Source of the DNA: Alphaproteobacteria bacterium
GTDB lineage: Bacteria; Pseudomonadota; Alphaproteobacteria; MPNO01; UBA830
Reading direction: 5' to 3'
Length of the DNA: 64,000 nucleotides
Assembly: GCA_965243135.1 (NCBI GenBank)
Contig: OZ251539.1
Span: 6,039,319-6,103,318 of the forward strand
Positions 37,669 to 46,719 of the stretch are shown piece after piece. The notes under the pieces were generated by a model. That model was not told the DNA's origin. It ran no database searches and saw nothing but the letters and a program-made list of their open reading frames with translations. The translations under genes and the position numbers were made by a program. Position 1 is the first letter of the stretch. Each line of letters starts with the position of its first letter.

Positions 37669-38808
37669 TCAGCGGCCGGGGTCCCGCAAACGCCACGCGA
37701 TGAAGGCGCCCAGCGCCATGGCTGCGCCTCCCGTCAGAAAAACCGGAACGTGGCTGTCGGCGCGGGCGAACAGCGCCACGTAACCGTACCCTCCCGCCGC
37801 CTGGAGGCAGCCGCCGACGACGTTCATGCGCCGCCATACGGTCGGAAACCATTCGCCCGCGAGCTGGCGCGTGCGTCCCGTGATGATGGCGGAAAAACCG
37901 GGCTGGGCGCCGACGGCAAGCGACGACAGCGCCAGCGCCCACGAGGCCGTCTCCAGCACCGGCAGGGCGACGCCGACGGCCAGCGCCGAGAACACGAGCA
38001 CGAGGCCGCCGCGGAAGCCGATCGCGTCGGCGAGCCTGCCCCACAGATAGGTGCCGGCCAGCGCGCCGGCGCCGAAAAGCACCCAATGCATGCCGCCGAA
38101 CTCCACGGTTCGGCCGAGTCCGCGCACGAGGTAATCCACCCAATAGACGGTATGGGGGATCAGCCCGAGCATGAAGAGCGTCTGCGCGGCGGTCAGCGCC
38201 CGCACGATGCGCGCGGCCGGCGCGGGCCCGTTCGCGCCGGTTTCGTCGGCCCGTTCCAGCGAACCGGCTTTCCAGCCCCATAAACCGACGACCGTGCCCG
38301 TCGCGCCGAGCGCCGCAAGTCCGGCCCACGCTGCCGCAAGTCCGCGATCGAGCAGGAACGGCACGAGGGTTCCCGTCAGCAGGATCGCCGCCCCGACGCC
38401 GGCGAACGCGATTCCGGTGGCGGCTCCCAGCCTGTGCGGCGGCGCATGACGCGTGACGACCGCCAGGGCGAGGATCATCATTGCGCCCATCGCGGCTCCG
38501 ACCAGGGACCGCCAGAACGCCAGCCAGGCGAAACCCCAGGGCAGGACGCTGGCGGCGAGGCAAAGCAGCGAAATCAGCAGGCAGAGCCGGAGCCAGAAGA
38601 TTTCGTTCCGCCTCATGAGCGGCGCCGCCAGAATGCCGCCGAGGAAGAACGCGAGATTGAAGGCGCCCACGGCCCCGGCTTCCGCCGCCGTCATCTGTCC
38701 GGAATTCACCAGAGCGGGAATCATCGGCGCGTAGGAAAAGCGACCGAGCCCCATTCCGACCATCAGCGTCGCGGCCCCGGCGACCGACAGGCGCAGCCAC
38801 GGGCTCAT
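37669..38808 (-). CDS. YbfB/YjiJ-family MFS transporter
   Basis: VGMGLGRFSYAPMIP, WGRLADAIG; hydrophobic. Confidence 0.85.
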   Translation of the reverse strand: MSPWLRLSVAGAATLMVGMGLGRFSYAPMIPALVNSGQMTAAEAGAVGAFNLAFFLGGILAAPLMRRNEIFWLRLCLLISLLCLAASVLPWGFAWLAFWRSLVGAAMGAMMILALAVVTRHAPPHRLGAATGIAFAGVGAAILLTGTLVPFLLDRGLAAAWAGLAALGATGTVVGLWGWKAGSLERADETGANGPAPAARIVRALTAAQTLFMLGLIPHTVYWVDYLVRGLGRTVEFGGMHWVLFGAGALAGTYLWGRLADAIGFRGGLVLVFSALAVGVALPVLETASWALALSSLAVGAQPGFSAIITGRTRQLAGEWFPTVWRRMNVVGGCLQAAGGYGYVALFARADSHVPVFLTGGAAMALGAFIAWRLRDPGR

Positions 38809-39689
38809 TTCTTCGCGCTTCCTGAGCGGTTGCTGCGCAGACCGATGTAGCAGGTGCTCGTGCAGATCATCGTTGCGCCGAGCCATGTCCAGACGTCCGT
38901 GGTCTGGCCGAAAACCAGCCAGCCGAGCAACGCGATCATCGGCATTTGCACGTAGGTGACGATGATGGCGAGGCTCGCGGGAGCGACGCGGAACGCGCGC
39001 GTCTGGCATTGTTGAGCTCCCACCGTGCAGGCGCCGAGCGCCAGCAGCAGAGGAAGGTCTTCGATGCCGGGATCGTTCCAGCCCCAGACGGCGCCGAGGG
39101 CGGCGGGAGGAATCATCAGGGCGTACAGATAGAAGACCATCGCGTTCGGGTTCTCGGTCGCCGTCAGTTTCTTCGTCCCGATAAGCGCGGCCGAGAAGGA
39201 GGCGGCCGCGAGAACGGTGGCGAGCGCCGGCAACGAGATTTCGATCAGGCCAGGGCGCAGGATGACCAGCGTGCCCGCGAACCCCGCCGCGGTCGCCGTC
39301 CAGCGATGGACGTCCACGCGCTCGGCCAGCCAGACCGCGGCGAAGACGACCGTGAAGAGGGGCATCGTGAACATCAGGGCGCCGGCGTCCGCAAGCGGAA
39401 TGAACGCGATCCCGTACATCCACGCGACGGCGCCCGCATAGCTGAACGCCATGCGCCACAGATAGAGCGGCATGTGGCGCGTTCGCAACGCTCCGGGTCC
39501 GGCCATGAACACCCAGGGCAGCATCATCGCGGATCCGAGCAGCGCTCTGAAGAGGACGAGCTGGTTCGCCGGGAAGCTCTCGGAAAGCGCGCGAATCACG
39601 ACGTAGATCAGCGCGTAGAAAGCGCTCGAGAACAGCATCCAGATAATGCCGCGCAGCGAGGCGTTCAGGCTTGGCGGTTGCGAACGCAT
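38805..39689 (-). CDS. DMT/EamA-family transporter
   Basis: About 10 TM segments; FTMPLF..LAERV...RW...GF.G..VILRPG. Confidence 0.9.
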   Translation of the reverse strand: MRSQPPSLNASLRGIIWMLFSSAFYALIYVVIRALSESFPANQLVLFRALLGSAMMLPWVFMAGPGALRTRHMPLYLWRMAFSYAGAVAWMYGIAFIPLADAGALMFTMPLFTVVFAAVWLAERVDVHRWTATAAGFAGTLVILRPGLIEISLPALATVLAAASFSAALIGTKKLTATENPNAMVFYLYALMIPPAALGAVWGWNDPGIEDLPLLLALGACTVGAQQCQTRAFRVAPASLAIIVTYVQMPMIALLGWLVFGQTTDVWTWLGATMICTSTCYIGLRSNRSGSAKK

Positions 39690-39752
39690 GCGAATTCCCG
39701 GATAGTGGCCGTCGGCTTCGGCGGCGAAACGGAACGACGGAGGAGGCGCTCA

Positions 39753-41111
39753 ATGTCCACCGAACAGCATGGTGCGTCCACTCCCGCGCCGCGGTCTTAT
39801 TTCGCGGCCGCGCCCGATTTTCCGGCCGGCGACGATTCTCCGCGCGCGTTCCTGGAACGTTGCATCGAGACGATCGACGCCGAGGAGACCCTGATCGGCG
39901 CTTTCGTCGAGACGGATTTCGAAAAGGCGCGAACGGATGCCGACGCTTCGACGGCGCGATGGTCCTCGGGCCGGCAGTTGTCCCGGATCGACGGCATGCC
40001 GGTCGGAATCAAGGACATCATGGAAACCGCCGATATGCCGACCGCGCAGGGGTCGCCTCTGTTCGAAGGCTGGAACGGCGGTCGCGACTGCGCCGCGGTC
40101 GCGGCGTTGCGCGAGGCCGGCGCCGTAATCCTCGGCAAGACCGTCACGACGGAGTTCGCCGCCACGCATGCGCGAGGGACGCGCAACCCCTGGGATCCGG
40201 ATCGCACGCCCGGCGGTTCTTCGAGCGGGTCGGCGGCCGCGGTGGCGGCGGGCATGGCTCCGGCCGCGCTGGGTTCGCAGGTGATCGGATCCACGATTCG
40301 GCCCGCCAGTTATTGCGGGGTGTTCGGGTACAAGCCGAGCGTCGGCGGCATCAACCGCGGCGGCAGCTTCGACGGCTTCAGTCAGAGTTGCACCGGTCTC
40401 ATCGCGGCCAGCCTGGACGAGGTCTGGACGGTCGCCCGCGAAATCTCGGTCCGGGCGGGCGGCGATCCGGGGCATGTCGGCATCGCCGGTCCGATGCAAC
40501 TGCCTGCGTCGGCGCGGCCCTCATCGGCGGCGTTTCTCCGGACCGCTGGCTGGGACAAGGCCACCGAAGATGCCAAGGCCGCGTTGCGCGAAGCGCGGGA
40601 GCGGGTCGAGGCGGCCGGCATCCGGGTCGTCGACATGACGACCGCGCCGGGCGTGGCCCTGGTGGAAGAGGCGATCGGCGACGCGTTCTCGCTTTCCATG
40701 CGCATCAACGCCTGGGAGGGGCGCTGGCCGCTCAACACGTACAAGCGCGACATGGATCCGGCCGATCTCAGCGACACCGCGCTTGAACGCCTCGATCAGG
40801 CCGAGGCGATGACCCAGGAGGAATACGGGAAACTGCTCGACGAACGGAATCGGGTGCGCAAGGTTTACGACGGGCTTCTGGACGAGGTGGACGTCTGCGT
40901 TACCTTGTCGGCGCCGGCGGCGGCGCCGCTCGGTCTGGATTGGACCGGCGATCCGTCTTTCACCGTCCATACGTCGCTGATCGGGATGCCTTCGGTTACC
41001 TTGCCGGTGCTGCGGGACGCCGGCCTTCCGCTCGGGCTGCAGGTCGTCGGCTTCACCGGCAGGGACGCGGCGCTCATGGCGGCCGCGGGCGCGGTGATGG
41101 CCCTTTTCTGA
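39753..41111 (+). CDS. Amidase signature family enzyme
   Basis: GIKD, GKTVTTEFA, TPGGSSSGSAAAV, GSTIRPASYCGV. Confidence 0.93.
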   Translation: MSTEQHGASTPAPRSYFAAAPDFPAGDDSPRAFLERCIETIDAEETLIGAFVETDFEKARTDADASTARWSSGRQLSRIDGMPVGIKDIMETADMPTAQGSPLFEGWNGGRDCAAVAALREAGAVILGKTVTTEFAATHARGTRNPWDPDRTPGGSSSGSAAAVAAGMAPAALGSQVIGSTIRPASYCGVFGYKPSVGGINRGGSFDGFSQSCTGLIAASLDEVWTVAREISVRAGGDPGHVGIAGPMQLPASARPSSAAFLRTAGWDKATEDAKAALREARERVEAAGIRVVDMTTAPGVALVEEAIGDAFSLSMRINAWEGRWPLNTYKRDMDPADLSDTALERLDQAEAMTQEEYGKLLDERNRVRKVYDGLLDEVDVCVTLSAPAAAPLGLDWTGDPSFTVHTSLIGMPSVTLPVLRDAGLPLGLQVVGFTGRDAALMAAAGAVMALF

Positions 41112-41282
41112 AGGGCGAGGGCGGGCGCAGGGGCGCGATTCGCCCTTTTCGGAGCGGGGCGTCCGCGTCGTGTCGGGACGCAATGGAGAGTTCGCGTTGT
41201 CAACGTAGAGGCGGCTGACTCTCCGCGGACTTCGTTGCGCCCTGTCAACGGAACCATCGTCTTGGTATCGAGAGAGGCTGGA

Positions 41283-41405
41283 ATGATTGAAGAATTCGCC
41301 AAGAAAATCCCGTCACGATTGATGGAAGTGTCTGGATCGGTATTTTACTCTGGACGCGACGCGTTTTCGGCACCATGCGATTTATACGTTCTCGGCTTAC
41401 GATAA
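41283..41405 (+). pseudogene. 5' remnant of a gene (possibly UDG-like family)
   Basis: MIEEFAKKIPSRLMEVSGSVFYSGRDAFSAPCDLYVLGL then stop; GAGAGG upstream; resembles N-termini that continue ...LGLNPGG. Confidence 0.4.
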
Positions 41406-41754
41406 TCCGATACCGCGAAGTTCGGATGAGCGACGATTCGCCGAGGCGGCAGTCTGATTCCGGCTATGGCGGATATAGTTCCAGAATCGGCAATGGACAG
41501 GCGAACGCTCACGAACCGTTCATTCCGGCATTAGATCAGGGCGTACGGCAAACGAGTCGTTTGACGGCTCGGGTTGCCGTGACCGGCCGGTGGACTCAAA
41601 AAGCCCGTTTTTTCGCCATTCGGAACCTGCAGCGGACCTTCCGCCAACGGAAGCAAATTTCCTGGCGCAGCCGGAGTTGGCAGGGCGCAGCGAGGGGTTC
41701 CTTCGATGCGGTCGGTTTCGTAGATTTACCTGCGGCAACCATGCGGGAGGCAAC

Positions 41755-42741
41755 ATGATCGACGCGGCCATCGTCGGTATGGGGCGCTGGGGGCGGATTC
41801 TGGTGGATTCGGTTTCTGGAGGCAGCGACGTTGTTCGCTTCGTCGCGGGATCCACCCGAACGTGGGCGAAAGCCGCTGACTATGCGGCCGAGAAGGGATT
41901 GCGGCTACATGCGACCTACGAGGAATTGCTGGCCGACCGCGAAGTGGATGCAGTGGTGCTGGCGTCGCCGCACACGGCGCATTTCAATCAGATCATGGCC
42001 GCCGCGGCGGCCGGAAAGCATGTGTATTGCGAAAAGCCGTTTTGCCTGACCGCTGCGGACGCGCGCGAGGCTCTCGATGCGTTGGCCGCGAAGGGCCTTC
42101 GCGCGGCGATCGGGCACAACCGCAGATTCTCGCCGAACGCTGTCGCGCTCAAACGGATGATCGAAGCTGGCGAACTCGGCGACATGATTCAGATCGAGGG
42201 CAACTTTTCCGCCAATATGGCGGGCTATTCCGGTGAGTGGCGCGACGACCGCGCCGAGAGCCCGGCTGGCGGCATGACTTCGCTCGGCATTCACGTGGTC
42301 GATATGTTGATCGATCTGTTCGGGTCGATCCGAAGCGTGCGGGCGGCAAGCAGGCGCGTCGCGATACCGCTCGGCATCGACGATGCGACCGCGGTGCTGG
42401 TGGACTTCGAAGGCGGGCAACTGGGTTATTTGGGCACCGTGGCTGCAACCGGCCCGCTATGGCACGTTCGCGCGTTCGGCACGCGCGGCTGGGGCGAAAT
42501 CGTCGGTCATGATCGGCTGACCGTCCAGATGGCGGACGGCGCCGTCGAGACGAAGACGTGGGAGGGCTACGACTATCCCGGGCTGGCGACGGTTGCTGAC
42601 GCGCTCGAATCCTTCGCGCGGGACTGCGAGGGCGGCGATCCCTTTCCGGTTTCTCCGGAACAGATACGCCATGGCACCGCCGTTCTCGAAGCTATCGTGG
42701 AGTCGGCGGAAACCGGAAGCCAGATTCGGGTCGCGCCGTAG
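41755..42741 (+). CDS. Gfo/Idh/MocA-family oxidoreductase
   Basis: GMGRWG, AGKHVYCEKP, GHNRRF, GIHVVD; GGGAGG RBS. Confidence 0.92.
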   Translation: MIDAAIVGMGRWGRILVDSVSGGSDVVRFVAGSTRTWAKAADYAAEKGLRLHATYEELLADREVDAVVLASPHTAHFNQIMAAAAAGKHVYCEKPFCLTAADAREALDALAAKGLRAAIGHNRRFSPNAVALKRMIEAGELGDMIQIEGNFSANMAGYSGEWRDDRAESPAGGMTSLGIHVVDMLIDLFGSIRSVRAASRRVAIPLGIDDATAVLVDFEGGQLGYLGTVAATGPLWHVRAFGTRGWGEIVGHDRLTVQMADGAVETKTWEGYDYPGLATVADALESFARDCEGGDPFPVSPEQIRHGTAVLEAIVESAETGSQIRVAP

Positions 42742-42891
42742 CGGCGAAAACGCCGGACAGGCAAGCGCCCGGCGGGGCGCGCGCCGCGAACGGCAGAGCC
42801 TCGCAGCCGGGGCCGCGCTTCTTTCATCCACAAGCCGTCTCCGGCATTATCGCCGCGCCCGTTTGGACCTTTGCATGCGAGGAGATACGAC

Positions 42892-43341
42892 ATGTCCGTG
42901 CCCGCCGGTTACGAAGGCATTACCCCATATATCTGCGTCGCGAACGCGGCGGAAGCGCTCGCGTTCTACGGGCGCGCGTTCGATGCGAAGGAGGAATACC
43001 GTATCGCGAATCAAGGCCAGATCGGCCATGCGGAAATGACGATAGCAGGCGCGAGGTTCATGCTGTCGGATCCATGGCCCGAGAGCGGCGCGGTCGATCC
43101 CGGGGCGTTGGGCGGAACGCCGGTTACGTTGCATCTCTACGTCGAGGACGTGGATGCAGTCGTCGCGCGCGCCGTGGCGGCCGGAGCCGAGCTGACGCGC
43201 GAGATTGCGGATCAGTTCTACGGCGACCGGTCGGGCATGGTTACCGACCCGTACGGGCATCGCTGGAGTTTCGCGACCCGCATCGAAGACTTGACGCCGG
43301 AAGAACTGCGGCGGCGGGCGACGGAACTGTTCGGCGAATGA
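42892..43341 (+). CDS. VOC/glyoxalase (PhnB-like) protein
   Basis: ITPYI, IGHAEM, DQFYGDRSG...DPYGHRW; AGGAG RBS. Confidence 0.92.
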   Translation: MSVPAGYEGITPYICVANAAEALAFYGRAFDAKEEYRIANQGQIGHAEMTIAGARFMLSDPWPESGAVDPGALGGTPVTLHLYVEDVDAVVARAVAAGAELTREIADQFYGDRSGMVTDPYGHRWSFATRIEDLTPEELRRRATELFGE

Positions 43342-43403
43342 ATGCTGCTTGCCGAGCGACGGATGTTTGACGGACAACAAACCCTTGCTCGCCCGAAAAC
43401 CTG

Positions 43404-43760
43404 TCAGCGAGGTTTAAGGTCTTTTTTGCATCCTTGGGCCGGAGTTTCCGCGAAAAGCTTTTCCGCCCTCGCGCCGAGTTCTTTGACCTGGCCAGCAACG
43501 AACGTTTCCTGAACCGTTCCGGGCAGACGATGACGGGATCGCCGACGGGCGAACCGGAGCGTCCGTCGGCAGCTTTGTCGTACCTGTGAAGGGAGCAAAC
43601 TCCGCCGGCTCTTCCGGCATCGCGGAAGGCCGTTCTGGAAAGGGCAGGGGCCGGGTTCTCCCTTGCCCGGCGCTACCTGAGCCAGTCGGCGGCGCTCCTC
43701 GCCCGCAAGGCCGAGGAACGGTTGTCCGTACCATTCGGCGATGCCGTAGCGCGCCGTCAA
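43404..43760 (-). pseudogene. NotI-family restriction endonuclease, frameshifted and truncated
   Basis: YGIAEWYG...CPF...CRK, then GGVCSL..Y...PVIVCPERF in a shifted frame (Cys-cluster motif); coding signal is lost afterwards. Confidence 0.7.
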
Positions 43761-44653
43761 AACACCGGGCCGCGGGTGATGACCAGTTCCGGGATGCGGA
43801 CGTGATGCGTGTTCTTCATCATCACGCGAACGGCGTATAGCCCGTGTTTCCTTACCAGCTGCAGGATTTCCGGCGCTTCGTCGTAAGTCATCAAGAAATT
43901 CGCCTTGCTGCCGGCAAGCAACTCGAACAGGCGCGCGTGATCTATCCCGTTATGGGCGTACAGCCGCTGGCCGGCGCGTTTCCCGCCCGCGGTGTACGGC
44001 GGGTCGACAAAGACCGCGGCGTTGCGCCCGAGGGCGCCTAGCAGCGTTTCGAGCAGTTGCACGCCGTCCGTTTCGCAAAATCCAATGCGGTCTGCGCACT
44101 CCGCGAGCTCGCGCAGCCGGCCGACTATGGTTTCAGGATACCAGCGGGACGCGACGCCCTTCCCGTTTTCTCCGACGCGAGGAAGAGACGCGCCGGGCGC
44201 GAGAATGCCGCCGCGCCGCGTCCGATTGAGCACCAGAGTGCGGAAGCCGCGCTCGAGCACGCTTTCGGGGCGCTTGCGCGCAAGCGCGCTCACCGCTTCT
44301 CTCGTAGGCTCGAACTGCAGGATCCGTTCGCGGAGTTCCGCAGCGTGCCGCAGCGCGGCATGCCAGAAAGCGGCGACGTCGCGGTCAAGCTCCGCCATGA
44401 GGCAACGTTCCACCAAGCCTTCCATCACGGCCGTCAGCGACGTGATCCCGCCGCCGGCAAAAGGCTCAACGAGGAGGCGCGGCGGCGGGTCGGCTCTTGC
44501 GAGCCAGACGCGGACATGGGGAACAAGCCACGTTTTTCCTCCAGGATATCGGAGTGGGCTGCGCTGGGGCACCGAGGCGACGTTCACGGCCGGAATTGGC
44601 GAAATCTCGACGCGCCGATCGGACAGTATTTCTGGATCCAGAACGGTCGCCAC
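43757..44653 (-). CDS. Dam/D12-class amino DNA methyltransferase
   Basis: SPLRYPGGK, EPFAGGG, FVDPPY, MTYD; start codon uncertain. Confidence 0.9.
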   Translation of the reverse strand: MATVLDPEILSDRRVEISPIPAVNVASVPQRSPLRYPGGKTWLVPHVRVWLARADPPPRLLVEPFAGGGITSLTAVMEGLVERCLMAELDRDVAAFWHAALRHAAELRERILQFEPTREAVSALARKRPESVLERGFRTLVLNRTRRGGILAPGASLPRVGENGKGVASRWYPETIVGRLRELAECADRIGFCETDGVQLLETLLGALGRNAAVFVDPPYTAGGKRAGQRLYAHNGIDHARLFELLAGSKANFLMTYDEAPEILQLVRKHGLYAVRVMMKNTHHVRIPELVITRGPVF

Positions 44654-45741
44654 GCCGTTTCCCCGATTTTGTCGATTTCGGTGAATCTGCCACTTCGTTC
44701 CCGAATCGGATAACGCGAAGATGCGGTTTTCATTGAAATAATTCCGCAATTACCCACACTTGAGGACCGAATGGGTCGGCGAAGCGGGAACCTGAGGCGG
44801 CCAATCGCTCTCGCGGCGGAGATTGCCGGCCGCCTGCGCGGCAGGTCGATAGGGAGGCGGACAGGTGGATGCCCGGCGACGTTTCGCCGCCCATGCGCTT
44901 TTCAGGCGGCGGCCATAGGCGGCGCGCGAACGCGTTCGGCGATGGGGGCGAACGGCCAACAGGCGGTGGAGATTGCCGAAACGGCCTTGAGATCTCGCTT
45001 CGGCGACCTGAAGGCCGTTCGGGTTCGCGCGGCTGCGACGACGGTGGATGCGAACGTCTTCCGCGGCGGCATGGTTTGCCGGCGGCTTGGATCTCCCGAC
45101 ATGGCGTCCGGCAATTGCTTCTCCTGTCTATTTGAAGCGCAATCCAAGCGGTCGCCGCTCTCCGTCGCGGGCGCGCGTTGGCTGGCGAGTCAAGATGCCG
45201 GGGCGGCGGCGCAATCGCCGCGGAAAAGGTGGAGATCGCAGTTCGTGTTGACCCGCCCTCCATTGCGTCGATAATCCCGTCGGCGCCTTTTCAAGGCGCG
45301 GACACGCTATGGAAACGACGGATGATCGGAAATGTCGCTGCCGCTGCCGCCCTATTCGCGTACTCTCGCGGTGCGGCGGCCGGTTCCGCCCGGTCGGCGG
45401 ACGGGTTCTTGGAGGCCGGGCGAACGGAGCCTGCATGCAGGACTTCGAGGGCGAGCGGAGCGGCGCGCATCGCCGCGTCGCCGGAGGCCGGCAAGTTCGC
45501 TCGTCCGCGGGGAACTGTCCGTCAGGTTCTCGGTTGCGGGCCGGCGGCGCGGGCGGCGGCCCGGCTCTCGGCGCTTTTCGCCTCGGGAGAGCGGTCTCAG
45601 GACGGACAAGGGCGGACGCGCGTTTTCTCGCGCGCTCTTCGCGGCGTCGAACGACGGGCCGTCGGCCGGACGGCGACGTTGCGCAGGCCGCCGCCGGAAC
45701 GATCGGCTTCTGCGCTCCCCGGCGCGGGGTTTCGCGCGGTC

Positions 45742-46701
45742 ATGTGGTTCTGCTCGCTGGCCTCGGCGGCGGTTTTCGCGCCCGCGCTGGCGGAGCCGAC
45801 GCTCTGGAAAGCGTCCTGGCCCGATACCGACTTCGCGAAGAAGTCGGTCGAGTTCTCGGAAATCCGGTCGGGAGGGCCGCCGAAGGACGGCATCCCGCCG
45901 ATCGACCGCCCGCTGTTCGTGCCCCAGGCGGAATACCGGGGGGCGGGCGAAAGCGAACCGGTCATCGCCTTCGCGCGCGACGGCGACGCGCGCGCCTATC
46001 CCCTGCGGATCCTCATCTGGCACGAGATCGTCAACGACGTCGTCGGAGGAATCCCGGTATCGGTGACCTACTGTCCCCTGTGCAATTCGGCGCTCGTCTT
46101 CGACCGCAGGCTGGACGGAAAGGTGCTGGATTTCGGGACCACCGGCAAGCTGCGCAATTCCGATCTCGTCATGTACGACCGGCAGACCGAGAGCTGGTGG
46201 CAGCAGTTCACGGGCGAGGGCATCGTCGGCGAGATGACCGGCCGAAGGCTTCGCATGCTTCCGGCCCGCGTCGAATCGCTCTCCAGGTTCCGCGCCCGCT
46301 TCCCGGACGGCTCGGTGCTCGTGCCGAACGATCCCGGCATGCGGCCTTACGGCGTCAATCCGTACGTCGGGTACGACACCTCGGCGCGTCCGTTTCTCTA
46401 TGACGGAGACCTGCCGGAGGGAATCGCGCCGCTCGCCTACGTCGTCAGGGTGGGGGACGAGGCGTGGCCGCTCGAAACGCTTCGGGAGAAGGGCAGGATC
46501 GTCGCCGGAGATCTCGTCCTGAGCTGGTCTTCCGGCCGCAACTCGGCGCTGGACCGGCGGGAGATCGGCGAGGGGCGCGACATCGGAAACGTCGTGGTTC
46601 TGCGCCGGACGCCGGAAGGATCGGAGGAGGAGGAGGTGCACGATCTCACCTTCGCCTTCGTCTTTCACGCCTTCGTCGAAGGCGGCACGTTGCACGAATA
46701 G
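45742..46701 (+). CDS. DUF3179-family exported protein
   Basis: SGGPPKDGIPPID, WHEIVND, TYCPLCNS, GKLRNSDLVMYDRQTESWWQQ; start uncertain. Confidence 0.85.
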   Translation: MWFCSLASAAVFAPALAEPTLWKASWPDTDFAKKSVEFSEIRSGGPPKDGIPPIDRPLFVPQAEYRGAGESEPVIAFARDGDARAYPLRILIWHEIVNDVVGGIPVSVTYCPLCNSALVFDRRLDGKVLDFGTTGKLRNSDLVMYDRQTESWWQQFTGEGIVGEMTGRRLRMLPARVESLSRFRARFPDGSVLVPNDPGMRPYGVNPYVGYDTSARPFLYDGDLPEGIAPLAYVVRVGDEAWPLETLREKGRIVAGDLVLSWSSGRNSALDRREIGEGRDIGNVVVLRRTPEGSEEEEVHDLTFAFVFHAFVEGGTLHE

Positions 46702-46719
46702 TTTCGTTCCGGAGAAGCC

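Noticed and set aside
45742-46701. Second selenoprotein (DUF3179 family)
   Set aside because: The CPLC motif is encoded by normal Cys codons and there is no in-frame UGA
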